Source: Myxococcota bacterium (GTDB lineage Bacteria > Myxococcota_A > UBA9160 > SMWR01). Taken from it: a stretch of 64,000 nt of DNA. Position 1 is the stretch's first letter. Each line of letters opens with the position of its first letter. Shown here piece after piece: positions 18,277 through 27,681 of this stretch. The stretch is from positions 3,455-67,454 of the forward strand of contig DASUFZ010000291.1 in the NCBI GenBank assembly GCA_036274295.1, read 5' to 3'. The position numbers and the translations under genes were made by a program. The notes below the pieces were generated by a model. It saw only the letters and a list, made by a program, of their open reading frames with translations. It was not told the DNA's origin and did not search any database.

Positions 18277-18282
18277 GCCGGT

Positions 18283-19788
18283 TCAGGCGTCGCCGGTCTG
18301 CTCCTCGCGCAGCGCCTCGAGACGCGTCGTCAGCTCTTCGACCTGGTAGCGCTCGCGCGCGCGCTCCAGGATGCGCCGCTCGACGCTGCGCGCCGCGTTG
18401 CGGACGGCCGTGTGCTCGCGGCCGAAGAGCCGCCCGATCTCGGCGGCGCTCGAGTCCGTGTGACGGAGGCACAGCGACATCGCGAGCTGGCGCGGCCACA
18501 GCACGTCGCGACGGCGCGTGCGCGCGGCGAGCGCGTCGGCCCGCACGCCGAAGAAGCCCGCGACGACCTCGATCACGTCGCGCGCAGCGAGCCGGCGCGG
18601 CGCGGCGGGAGCGGGCAGCAGTTTCTGCAACGCCCCGCGCGCGAGATCGATGTCCAGCGGCCGCTTCAGCAGCGACGCGCTCGCGACGAGCTGGATCAGC
18701 GCGCTCTCGAGATCGCGCACGCTGCCGCGCACCGATTCGACGAGCAGCTCGAGGCAGTCCTCGGGCAGGCGCACGCCGCCCGCCGCCGCCTTGCGCCGCA
18801 CGATCTCGCGCCGCACGCCGACGTCCGGCGGCTCGAGCTCGGCGACGAGCCCGGCCGCGAGCTGCGAGCGCAGCCGCGGATCGAAGTCCTGGTACTCGCG
18901 CGGCATGCGGTCGCCGGTCACGACCACGCGTGCTCCCACGTCGACGAGATGCGCGACGGTATGCAGCAGCTCGAGCTGCGTCGCGCGCTTCGCGCGCAGG
19001 AAGTGGACGTCGTCGATGACGAGCAGGCGCACGTTCTCGCGATAGCGGCGCTTGAAGCGCGCGGTCTCGCGGTTCCGGATCGAGGCCAGGAACTCGTTCG
19101 TGAATGCCTCGGCCGGCGCGTAGACGACGCGCCCGCCGTTGTGGTGGAGGGCTTCCACCGCGATCGCGCGCGCGAGGTGGGTCTTGCCGAGCGCGGCGCG
19201 CGAGAAGACGTAGAGCGGGTTGATGCGCTGCTGCTGCCCGCGCGCGACGGCGAGGCCGGCCTCGCGCGCAAGCGCGTTGCAACGCCCGACGACGAAGTTC
19301 TCGAAGCGGTAGGGCAGCTCGAGCTGGAGCGGTGCGGGCTGCGCGGCCATCTCGGAGGCGGGCTCCCGATCCTCGGCATGCTTCGACGTCGCCTGCGCCT
19401 CTTCCGATTCAGCCGGAACAACCGGGTTCCCAGACGATCTGGCGCGACGTCCCGAGCACGGCGGACTCACGACGAGCTCGAGCTCGACCCGCTGTCCGCG
19501 CTCGGCTTCGAGATGCCGCTCGATCAGCGGCAGCAAGCGCACGCGCACCCGCTCGCGATGGAACGCGGTCGGACACACGAGCCGTAGGCGCTCCCCCTCG
19601 ACGCGAGGCTCCAGGGGTCGTACCCAGGCCTCGAGCGTATGAGAGCTGATCTCGGCTCCGAGACGGCGCAGAACGCCATCCCAAAGTTGCTGGGGGGCTT
19701 GGCTCAATTTCTTCGTTCTACGGAGGATTTCGAGAGTTTGCGCCGGATCCCCATCGAACCCGTCTGGCGCGGCGCGGGAGTAGAGCAT
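18283..19788 (-). CDS. dnaA: DnaA-family protein (divergent paralog, domains I-IV)
   Basis: Domain I LWDGVL…AWVRPL, YRFENFVVG, NPLYV…LGKTHL, LLVIDDVHF, SVRDLE and domain IV PRQLAM…EIGRLFGREHT. Start uncertain. Confidence 0.88.
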   Translation of the reverse strand: MLYSRAAPDGFDGDPAQTLEILRRTKKLSQAPQQLWDGVLRRLGAEISSHTLEAWVRPLEPRVEGERLRLVCPTAFHRERVRVRLLPLIERHLEAERGQRVELELVVSPPCSGRRARSSGNPVVPAESEEAQATSKHAEDREPASEMAAQPAPLQLELPYRFENFVVGRCNALAREAGLAVARGQQQRINPLYVFSRAALGKTHLARAIAVEALHHNGGRVVYAPAEAFTNEFLASIRNRETARFKRRYRENVRLLVIDDVHFLRAKRATQLELLHTVAHLVDVGARVVVTGDRMPREYQDFDPRLRSQLAAGLVAELEPPDVGVRREIVRRKAAAGGVRLPEDCLELLVESVRGSVRDLESALIQLVASASLLKRPLDIDLARGALQKLLPAPAAPRRLAARDVIEVVAGFFGVRADALAARTRRRDVLWPRQLAMSLCLRHTDSSAAEIGRLFGREHTAVRNAARSVERRILERARERYQVEELTTRLEALREEQTGDA

Positions 19789-20081
19789 GGGTCGGACAGC
19801 CTTTCAATGACGAACGCTCGATTCGGTGACGACTCCTCTACACGAAAGTGTCACGCGTGTGCAGTGCGCATCACAGCGTCGGAAACCGGCGTTTTGCTCC
19901 GCTCTTCGCGCTTCGATTCCGCGGAGTTCAGCGCGCATCCTCGACCGCTGCCGACGCTCGTCGCGGCGTCTCGCCACACCGGCGTTCGAGATTCGGTGAT
20001 CTCTGTATTTCGAGGTTTCTCGCCTGAATCCTCGAAAATCCAGCCGCATGCAACGCGCGCGCGCGGAGAGCCGGCGCGAGC

Positions 20082-20750
20082 CTAGTGGAGCGGTCGGCGA
20101 CCCGGCTCCGCGCGCATCTCGAGCTCGGCGCGGCGGAACGAGAGCGCACTCGCGAGACGCGCGTAGCGCTCCGGAATGCTCTCGGCCTCGAGCAGGCTCT
20201 GCTTCTCTTCGCTCGGAAATGCAATGGCGTTCGCGAGCACGTTCACGAACGTCGCGTCGTCGATGCCGGCGAACAGCGAGGCGTCGAAGCGCGTGCCCTC
20301 GGATTCCGCCTCGCGCGCGAGATACGCGACGTTCTCGACGACGCTCGAGCGCAGGCGCGCGACGCGATCCCGCTCTTCCTCGGGAAAGGGTTCGTCGAGC
20401 GGCTGCACGCGCGCGACGCGGTAGAGCCGCTCTGCGGGGCGCGGCTCCTCCTCGACGATGCGGAAGCGCCAGATGCCGTGCAGCACGAGGTCGTAGCGGC
20501 CGTCGGGCCGCTTCTGGAACTCCGTGATCTCGCCGCAGCAGCCGACGGGATAGAGCGGCGGATCGCCGAGCATGTCGCCCTGGTGCTCGGGCCGCACGAC
20601 GGCCATCGCGATGTGGCGGTCCGCCTCGAGCACATCGTGCATCAGCTGGCGGTAGCGCGGCTCGAAGATGTGGAGCGGCGTCTTCACACGCGGGAAGAGC
20701 ACCACGTTCGAGAGCGGGAACAACGCGACGCGCGCGACGTCCGAAGGCAT
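20082..20750 (-). CDS. LON peptidase substrate-binding (N-terminal) domain protein
   Basis: LFPLSNVVLFP…PLHIFEPRYRQL, DGRYDL and EKQSLLE motifs. Confidence 0.9.
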   Translation of the reverse strand: MPSDVARVALFPLSNVVLFPRVKTPLHIFEPRYRQLMHDVLEADRHIAMAVVRPEHQGDMLGDPPLYPVGCCGEITEFQKRPDGRYDLVLHGIWRFRIVEEEPRPAERLYRVARVQPLDEPFPEEERDRVARLRSSVVENVAYLAREAESEGTRFDASLFAGIDDATFVNVLANAIAFPSEEKQSLLEAESIPERYARLASALSFRRAELEMRAEPGRRPLH

Positions 20751-20810
20751 GGGCGGAATCTATCATCCGCGTTGACCGCGGCAGCGATGGCTGGAACACT
20801 GCGAGCGATC

Positions 20811-21263
20811 ATGGATGCTGCGAGCCGCGCGTCGCTGCTCGAGAGCCTCACGCGCGACGCCGAACGGATCTCCCGGCAGTTCGGGCTCCGCTACAAATCG
20901 ATCGGCGCAGAGCGCGCGAACGTGACGAGCCGCTACGGCGTGTGCTTCGCAGATGGCGCGATCCGCATCCGCCTGCGCCACGCCGTCACGGGACGGCCGC
21001 TCAAGTACTCGAGCCTCGTGAACACCCTGTGCCACGAGCTCGCGCACCTGCGCCACTTCAACCACGGCCCGCGCTTCAAGGTCTTCTACTTCGAGCTGCT
21101 CGACTTCGCGCGCGTGCGGGGCATCTACCAGCCGGGGCCGGTCACCGCGGGCGTGCGCGCACTTCCCGACCCGTCGCCGTCTCTCGCGCGCTCGGCTGCG
21201 CGCGTGGGGGTTGGATCCCGCTCGCTGCCGCGCGGCGCGCCGACCCAGCTCTCACTGCTCTGA
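20811..21263 (+). CDS. Small zinc metallopeptidase (WLM/YgjP/SprT-like)
   Basis: YGVC…IRIRLR…TLCHELAHLRHFNHGPRF. Confidence 0.8.
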   Translation: MDAASRASLLESLTRDAERISRQFGLRYKSIGAERANVTSRYGVCFADGAIRIRLRHAVTGRPLKYSSLVNTLCHELAHLRHFNHGPRFKVFYFELLDFARVRGIYQPGPVTAGVRALPDPSPSLARSAARVGVGSRSLPRGAPTQLSLL

Positions 21264-21291
21264 AGTGCCGCCGATCGAGCGCGGCGGGGAG

Positions 21292-21492
21292 CTACTGCGT
21301 GATCTGGTCGTACTCTTCGAGCGTGTTCGGGCCGTCCTGGAGCTTCGCGGTGATCTCGTCGCAGGCGATGGCCTTGTCGAGGATCTCGCGGACGAGTCCT
21401 TCGACGGTGAGCTCGTCGTACTCGGCCATCGCGTCTTCGAGCGCGGTGTTCGAGACCGAGAACTGCACCAGGATCTTGATGTTGACGCTCAT
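21292..21492 (-). CDS. Small acidic hypothetical protein (66 aa)
   Basis: Strong GC3 codon bias and protein-like composition, unlike shadow ORFs. GGGAG upstream. Confidence 0.75.
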   Translation of the reverse strand: MSVNIKILVQFSVSNTALEDAMAEYDELTVEGLVREILDKAIACDEITAKLQDGPNTLEEYDQITQ

Positions 21493-21743
21493 CCCAGGAC
21501 TCTCGCTCCCTCCGGCTCGGTCGTGACGCCCGAAGGGGGCGGTTGCGTGCTCCCGAAACCGTCTCGAAGTGGCGGCGCCGAGCTCGTCTCGACGCTGTGT
21601 AGGCCCGGTCGCCGTGCCGCTTGGCGTGTCGGCTGTAACTACGCGAATTAGAAAGGTTTTTCGACCGAAGCGGCAAAAGGATACACCAGCGATCCACTCG
21701 CGGCCAAGAAAATTTCGACTGGCGTCAACTTTGCAAGCGCACC

Positions 21744-22289
21744 TCAGGGTCGAACGCGGGAATGGTTCCTGTCTGTCCCACTCTCTTCTGCATCTCGGGC
21801 GGCGTGGAGTCCGGCGAGCACGAGCGCGGCGATCAGCACACAGCTGTAGATCGTCATCGAGAGCCGATGGAGCTCGGTGAAGCGGGCCGCCAGCGTTTCG
21901 TTCCCCTCGGGGCCAAATACCAGATCCCGGATCTCAGCTAGTTCCGCGGACACGCCGAACTGGGAATAGAGACAGGCCGCCGCCATCAAGAGGGGGATGG
22001 CGATCCGCAGCGCGCCGCGCCGCAAGGCGAGCGCAAGCGCTGCGAGACAGAGGCCCGCAAAGACCCCGTAGAGATGGAGCGCGTCGAGCACCGGAGCCAC
22101 CAGCGCGCCCGCGGCGCCGGGGCTCGGGAGGACGCGGAATGCGGTGGGCGCCACGACCAGAGCGAAGAGCAGCCAGGAGCCGATCCAGCTCCCGAGCAGC
22201 ACCCAGAGCAGGCCGCGCAGCAGCGCCGGCACGAGCCAGCGGGTCGCGGCGGCAGGACGCAACGTGGAGACGCGGACCTCTGCGGACAT
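21744..22289 (-). CDS. DUF4149/TMEM205-like membrane protein
   Basis: GSWLLFALVVAPTAFRVL…FTELHRLS with four TM segments. Confidence 0.78.
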   Translation of the reverse strand: MSAEVRVSTLRPAAATRWLVPALLRGLLWVLLGSWIGSWLLFALVVAPTAFRVLPSPGAAGALVAPVLDALHLYGVFAGLCLAALALALRRGALRIAIPLLMAAACLYSQFGVSAELAEIRDLVFGPEGNETLAARFTELHRLSMTIYSCVLIAALVLAGLHAARDAEESGTDRNHSRVRP

Positions 22290-22337
22290 GCTTGCAGTCT
22301 CCGAGACGGCCGCCGGGCTGTAAAGGTGGCTCGCATC

Positions 22338-23231
22338 GTGGCGTGGAACGCACTCCGGGAATGGATCACCGAGCGGGTCACGCGCTTCCTCAACGAGCCC
22401 GTCGGCCATTACGAGCAGCACCACCCGAGCGATCTCGAGGCGCTGAAGCGACAGGTCCGCAAGGGCGACGTCCTGTTGGTCGACGGCGACCTGCGCGTCT
22501 CGGTGCTGATCAAGTACCTGACCCACAGCCCCTGGTCGCACGCCGCGCTCTACGTCGGCGACGAGCTGCTGCAGCGCGGCGGCGCCATGCGCGCGCTCGC
22601 GGAGGAGCACTTCGGATCCGAGGCCGAGCACATCGTGGTCGAGGCCGTGATGGAGGGAGTGGTCGCTTCCCCTCTCTCGAAGTACGCCGACCACAACGTC
22701 CGCCTTTGTCGGCCCCACCGGCTGCTCCCGAAGCAGCTCGAGGGGATCCTGGCAGGGGCGATCGACGCGATCGGCTGGCGCTACGACCTGCGCAACGTGA
22801 TCGACCTCGCGCTCCACCTCGGCAGCGCGGCCTTGCTCCCGCCGAAACGCCGCAAGCGCGTGCTGCGTTTCGGCAGCGGTGCGGCGCGCTCCGTGATCTG
22901 CACGAGCCTGCTGGGCCAGCTCTTCGCGGAGGTCGGGTTCCCCGTGCTCCCGCAGGTGACCTTCACGGACGCGCCGGGCGGCTCCGAGCGACCCGCCCGC
23001 CGCCCGCTCCTCCTCTCGGTCTGGTCGCGCCGCGGAGACGGCCACGAGAGCTTGTTGCAGGGCCGCCACCCCACCCTGCTGATGCCTCGCGACTTCGACC
23101 TCTCCCCGTTCTTCCAGGTCGTGAAGGTCGGCGCGCCGGAAGTCCTCGACTACGAGCGGATCTGGGAGGACGACGTCGAGGAGGCGCGCCAGTTCACGGA
23201 CCTCGAGGGCGAGTCCGAGCCGACGGCGTAG
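22338..23231 (+). CDS. YiiX/YebB-like permuted papain-fold (NlpC/P60) hydrolase
   Basis: GDVLLVDG…IKYLTHSPWSHAALYVG, YDL, ICTSLL (His before Cys) and PRDFDLSPFF. Confidence 0.82.
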   Translation: MAWNALREWITERVTRFLNEPVGHYEQHHPSDLEALKRQVRKGDVLLVDGDLRVSVLIKYLTHSPWSHAALYVGDELLQRGGAMRALAEEHFGSEAEHIVVEAVMEGVVASPLSKYADHNVRLCRPHRLLPKQLEGILAGAIDAIGWRYDLRNVIDLALHLGSAALLPPKRRKRVLRFGSGAARSVICTSLLGQLFAEVGFPVLPQVTFTDAPGGSERPARRPLLLSVWSRRGDGHESLLQGRHPTLLMPRDFDLSPFFQVVKVGAPEVLDYERIWEDDVEEARQFTDLEGESEPTA

Positions 23232-23360
23232 CGCGCTGGTGTCATGCTGCGTGCGCGGGAACGCGCAAGCGGCCGGCAGAATTCCCTCAAGCCCGCGCAG
23301 CTCTCGCCGATGAGCAGGGGCGTTCGGGTCCTGGCCAGGGGGGGGTAGGGATCCGGACAA

Positions 23361-23388
23361 TCGCCCCGGGGCTCACGCCCCGGGGCGA
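23361..23388. terminator. Palindromic hairpin between convergent genes (REP-like/terminator)
   Basis: TCGCCCCGGGG-CTCACG-CCCCGGGGCGA, a perfect 11-bp stem 8 bp from the thiC stop. Confidence 0.6.
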
Positions 23389-23395
23389 ATGCATT

Positions 23396-25165
23396 TCAGG
23401 ACCCGGCCAGCGGCTCGAGCGTCTCCGGGTCGAGCCTCTGCGACTGGACCTGGCGGGCCTGCGCGTCCGACGAGACGTCGCTGTGACACGCGGCGCGGCT
23501 CCCGCGCTGCGCGCCGAGCGCGCGGCGCATCTTGCCGGCGAGCCGGTGGATCTCCTCGGGCGAGAGCACGCCGCGGCGCGCCAGGATCTCCTGCTGCTCG
23601 CGCGTGAGCGCGTCGCTGACGCGCGCGCCGTCCCAGGCGAACTCCGGATCCTTGCCCGACACGAACTCCGTGATCTCCTTCGAGATGCGCACGGAGCACC
23701 AGTCGTGCCCGCACATGGCGCAGAAGTCCGTGTCGACGTCGAGATCCTCGTCGTGATACGCGCGCGCGAGGTCCGGATCGAACGAGAGCTCGAAGTGGCG
23801 CTCCCAGTTGAGCGCCGCGCGCGCGCGCGTCAGCTCGTCGTCGCGGTCGCGGCTCCCCGGGATGCCGAGCGCGACGTCCGCAGCATGCGCGGCGATCTTG
23901 TAGGCGACCACGCCCTGCTTCACGTCGTCGCGCTTCGGCAGACCGAGGTGCTCCTTCGGCGTCACGTAGCAGAGCATGGCCGCGCCGTGATAGGCGGCAG
24001 CCGTGGCGCCGATGCAGCTCGTGATGTGGTCGTAGCCGGGGAACATGTCGGTCACGAGCGGCCCGAGCACGTAGAAGGGCGCGCCGTGGCAGAGCCGCCG
24101 CTGCAGCTTCATGTTGAACTCGATCTGGTCGAACGGCACGTGGCCCGGCCCCTCGACCATCACCTGGCAGCCGTGGCGCCAGGCGCGCTCCGTCAGCTCG
24201 CCGAGCGTCTCGAGCTCCGCGAGCTGCGCGCGATCGGTGGCGTCGGCGAGACCGCCGGGCCTCAGGCCGTCGCCGATCGAGAACGTCACGTCGAAGCGGC
24301 GCATCACCTCGCAGATCTCGTCCCACAGCGCGTACATCAGGTTCTGGCGCCTGTGGTGCAGCATCCACTTGGCGAGCAGCGAGCCGCCGCGGCTGACGAT
24401 GCCGATCAGGCGTTTCGCCACGAAGGGCAGGTGCTCGCGCAGCACGCCCGCGTGGATCGTGAAGTAGTCGACTCCCTGGCGCGCCTGGTGCTCGAGCGTC
24501 TCGAGCACGGCCGCCTCGTCGAGGTCCTCGATGCGCCGCCCGATGATCATCGAGTAGATCGGCACCGTGCCGATCGGCACGCTGGCGTGCTTGATGATCG
24601 CCTCGCGGGTCGCGTCGAGATCGCCACCGGTGGAGAGATCCATCACGGTGTCGGCGCCCCAGCGCTCGGCCCAGCGAAGCTTGTCCACCTCCTCGTCGGA
24701 CGAGCTCGCGACGGGCGACGCGCCCATGTTCGCGTTGATCTTGGTGCGGCAGGCGCGGCCGATTCCCATCGGGTCGAGGCTCTTCGCGAGATGCGCCTTG
24801 TTGGCGGGGATCACCATGCGCCCGGCGGCGACCTCGTCGCGCACCTGCTCGAGCGTGAGGTGGCCCTCCCGCTCCGCGACCCGGCGCATCTCCGGCGTCA
24901 CGATGCCGAGGCGCGCGAACTCGAGCTGCGTGACGGGCTGGAAGCCGTCCGGCGCGGCCCAGCTCCCGTCGGCGCGGCGCATCCAGTCGGGCGGCATGAA
25001 GTCCCAGGCCGTCCGCTCCGACGTGGGCGGCATGCCGGGCGCGTCGGGCGAGGAGAAGGTCCACGGCGTACCGACGCGCGCGGCGTTCGCGAAGCTGCCC
25101 GGCGTCGTGCCCTGCGCGGAGCTCGACGGGTTCCCACCCGTCGCGGGAATCGAATAGCGAGTCAT
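23396..25165 (-). CDS. thiC: Phosphomethylpyrimidine synthase
   Basis: [50 protein letters not shown] and CAMCGHDWC motifs. Confidence 0.96.
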   Translation of the reverse strand: MTRYSIPATGGNPSSSAQGTTPGSFANAARVGTPWTFSSPDAPGMPPTSERTAWDFMPPDWMRRADGSWAAPDGFQPVTQLEFARLGIVTPEMRRVAEREGHLTLEQVRDEVAAGRMVIPANKAHLAKSLDPMGIGRACRTKINANMGASPVASSSDEEVDKLRWAERWGADTVMDLSTGGDLDATREAIIKHASVPIGTVPIYSMIIGRRIEDLDEAAVLETLEHQARQGVDYFTIHAGVLREHLPFVAKRLIGIVSRGGSLLAKWMLHHRRQNLMYALWDEICEVMRRFDVTFSIGDGLRPGGLADATDRAQLAELETLGELTERAWRHGCQVMVEGPGHVPFDQIEFNMKLQRRLCHGAPFYVLGPLVTDMFPGYDHITSCIGATAAAYHGAAMLCYVTPKEHLGLPKRDDVKQGVVAYKIAAHAADVALGIPGSRDRDDELTRARAALNWERHFELSFDPDLARAYHDEDLDVDTDFCAMCGHDWCSVRISKEITEFVSGKDPEFAWDGARVSDALTREQQEILARRGVLSPEEIHRLAGKMRRALGAQRGSRAACHSDVSSDAQARQVQSQRLDPETLEPLAGS

Positions 25166-25217
25166 GGCGACCTCCTCGAGCGCACTGCGGAGCGCCGAGG
25201 CTGCGGCCTGCGACGAG

Positions 25218-25321
25218 AGCCATTCCCTACGCTCGTGCGAACGAGGTCAGGTTCCAAGGGTTTGTTCTCAGGCCCCGCGCTCACTCCAGTTCGCTTCGCG
25301 CGGGCGGCCACCCCCAGGCTC
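25218..25321 (-). promoter_or_regulatory. TPP riboswitch
   Basis: Minus strand reads GGGGG…CTGAGA-acaa-ACCC-ttg-GAACCTGA-cctcgttcgcacga-GCGTAGGGAA, about 50 nt upstream of thiC. Confidence 0.92.
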
Positions 25322-25391
25322 CGCTTCGAGGCCCACCCTATCACCAGCGCAGCGCCCGAACAATCGCCGCGCTTCGCTACGGTGTGCGCCC

Positions 25392-25961
25392 ATGCGTGCG
25401 CGTAGCCGGATCGCCCTGCTCGGCGCAGCGCTCGCACTGTATGGCTGCGACCGCAACCTCGAGCCCTACGACCCGGCCGAGCAGCCGCGCCAGCCCGATC
25501 TCTCGCACATCTTTCCGGCGGGCGCGGAGCGCGCCGAGCGTGCGCAGCCGGGGCTGCCCGCTGCGCCGGAAGCGGCGCGCGGCACGGCGGACGTCGCCGC
25601 GGAGTCCGGCGCGCCCATCCACGGCACCGTCCAGCTCGCGAAGGACCTCGAGGGTCAGGTGGTCCCCGGCTCCGTGCTCTTCCTGATCGCGCGCCGCCAG
25701 CAAGGCGGCCCGCCGCTCGCGGTGAAGCGGATCCCATCACCGCGCTTTCCCCTCGATTTCGAGCTCGGCCCCGACGACCGCATGATCCAGGCCCTGCCCT
25801 TCGCCGGCCCGCTCTCGCTCTCGGCCCGTGTGGACTCGGACGGCAACGCCATGAGCCGCACCCCCGGCGATCTCCAGGGCGAGGCGGCGGGGCCGTTCGA
25901 GCCCGGCGCGAACGGCATCGTGCTGGTGATCGACCAGGTGGTCCCGGCGCCGCCGGGCTAG
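25392..25961 (+). CDS. Lipoprotein with CcmI/CycH-type C-terminal Ig-like domain
   Basis: Lipobox LYGC. VLFLIAR…GPPLAVKR…FPLDFELGPDDRM…SARVDSDGNAM…PGDL. Confidence 0.75.
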   Translation: MRARSRIALLGAALALYGCDRNLEPYDPAEQPRQPDLSHIFPAGAERAERAQPGLPAAPEAARGTADVAAESGAPIHGTVQLAKDLEGQVVPGSVLFLIARRQQGGPPLAVKRIPSPRFPLDFELGPDDRMIQALPFAGPLSLSARVDSDGNAMSRTPGDLQGEAAGPFEPGANGIVLVIDQVVPAPPG

Positions 25962-25974
25962 GAGACCGATCCGG

Positions 25975-27681
25975 ATGGCGCGCGCGCGCGGGACGGCACA
26001 CGGCGCGATGCGGCCGCGCATGCGGCTCGGCGACTTCCTCGTCGCGTACCTGCGGCGCGCCGGCGTCCGACACATCTTCGGGTTGCCTGGCGATCTCGTG
26101 CTCGGCCTCTTCCAGCGCTTCGGCCGGAGCCGCGATCTCGAGATCGTGACCTTCTCGCACGAGCCCTCCGTCGGCTTCGCGGCGGACGGCTATGCGCGCA
26201 GCACGCGGCGCCTCGGCGTCCTGTGCGTCACCTACGGCGCCGGCGGCCACAACGTCGTCAACCCCGTGGCCGGCGCCTATGCCGAGCAGGTCCCGCTGCT
26301 CGTGGTGTCGGGCGGCCCCGGCGAGGCGGAGCAGAAGCTCGGCGGCGTCCACCACCAGGCGAAGGAGGTCGAGAGCCAGTGGCGCATCTTCCAGGAGGTG
26401 ACCTGCGCCGCGCGCGTGCTGCGCGAGCCGCTGCTGGCGGCGCAGGAGGTGCACGAGGTCGTGCGCGCGATCGCGAGCGAGCTGCGCCCCGGCTACCTGG
26501 AGATCCACCGCGACCAGGTCGACACCGTGATCCCGGTGCCGCGCGAGGTGCTCGAGTGGGACGGCTCCTTCCCGGCGCCGCAGTCGGATCCTCGCAAGCT
26601 GCGCGAGGCGGTGGCCGAGGCGCGCACGCGCATCCGCAGCGCGCGGCGCCCCATCCTGATCGGGGGCGTCGAGCTCTACCGCGAGCGCGCCGAGCGCGAC
26701 TTCCTGCGCCTGGCCGAGCGCATGGGCGCGCCCGTCGTCACGACGCCGCTGGCGAAGGGTGTCTTCCCGATGGACCACCCGCAGCACATGGGCATCCACA
26801 TCGGGCCCTTCAGCGCGGAGCCGATCTCGCGCCGCGTCCGCCAGGCGGATCTCGTGCTCTCGCTCGGCAACCAGCTCACCGACATGAATCTCGGCGCGGC
26901 GAAGCCGCAGGTGGTGCGCGACCGCTCGATCTGGGCGCTCGCGAACCGCGTCAACGTCTCCTTCCACACCTACACCGACGTGACCTTGCGGGATTTCGTG
27001 CGCGAGCTGGCGGCGCAGGACCTGCCGCGCATGCGCGAGCGCATCCGCTACTGCGACAACCTGAAGCGCACGCCCCTGCGGCCGCGTGCGCAGCGTGCCG
27101 GCGCCGGCGTCTCGATCAACGATCTGCTGGTCGAGGTGAACGACTTCCTGGCGGAGCACCGCGGCTACGACGTCTTCGCCGAGTCGGGCGACATGCTCTT
27201 CGGCGGGCTCGAGATCCGACAGCCCGCGGGCGGCCTCTACTTCGCGCAGGGCTACTACGCGTCGATGGGCTTCGCCGTCCCCGCGGCGCTCGGCGCGCAG
27301 ATCGGCACCGGCAGACGTCCCCTCGTGCTGTGCGGCGACGGCGGCTTCCAGATGACCGGCCCCGAGATCTCGCACGCGCCGGCGCACGGGCTGACGCCCG
27401 TCGTGCTGCTCGTCAACAACGGCGGCTGGGGGATCTTCCGGCCGGTCACGAAGCGCCGCGACCTGCTCGAGATCCCGCCGTGGCCCTACGCGGAGCTGGC
27501 GCAGGCGTGGGGCGGCGTCGGCTTCCAGGTCGAGTCGCGCGCGGAGCTGCGCGAGGCGCTGCGCGCCGCGAACGAGGTGCGCGAGTTCGCGTTGATCGAG
27601 TGCCGCGTGCCGCCGACCGACATCTCGCCGATCTCGCGCCGCTACATCCGCGCGAGCGCCAGCAAGGGGGCGGCTCCTTGA
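25975..27681 (+). CDS. TPP-dependent 2-oxoacid decarboxylase (indolepyruvate/phenylpyruvate decarboxylase-like)
   Basis: IFGLPGD, HEPSVGFAADGYAR, VTYGAG, VHH and GDGGFQMTG…NNGGW motifs. Start could be the Met at ~26020. Confidence 0.88.
   Translation: MARARGTAHGAMRPRMRLGDFLVAYLRRAGVRHIFGLPGDLVLGLFQRFGRSRDLEIVTFSHEPSVGFAADGYARSTRRLGVLCVTYGAGGHNVVNPVAGAYAEQVPLLVVSGGPGEAEQKLGGVHHQAKEVESQWRIFQEVTCAARVLREPLLAAQEVHEVVRAIASELRPGYLEIHRDQVDTVIPVPREVLEWDGSFPAPQSDPRKLREAVAEARTRIRSARRPILIGGVELYRERAERDFLRLAERMGAPVVTTPLAKGVFPMDHPQHMGIHIGPFSAEPISRRVRQADLVLSLGNQLTDMNLGAAKPQVVRDRSIWALANRVNVSFHTYTDVTLRDFVRELAAQDLPRMRERIRYCDNLKRTPLRPRAQRAGAGVSINDLLVEVNDFLAEHRGYDVFAESGDMLFGGLEIRQPAGGLYFAQGYYASMGFAVPAALGAQIGTGRRPLVLCGDGGFQMTGPEISHAPAHGLTPVVLLVNNGGWGIFRPVTKRRDLLEIPPWPYAELAQAWGGVGFQVESRAELREALRAANEVREFALIECRVPPTDISPISRRYIRASASKGAAP

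Noticed and set aside
19789..20081. Possible oriC beside the dnaA-like gene
   Set aside because: No TTATCCACA-like box cluster or strongly AT-rich unwinding element is visible, and no dnaN/gyrB context.
21720..21734. Sigma-54-like TGGC-N7-TTGC on the + strand
   Set aside because: The spacing fits, but it points antisense into the DUF4149 gene, about 600 bp from the next + strand start. A chance match cannot be excluded.
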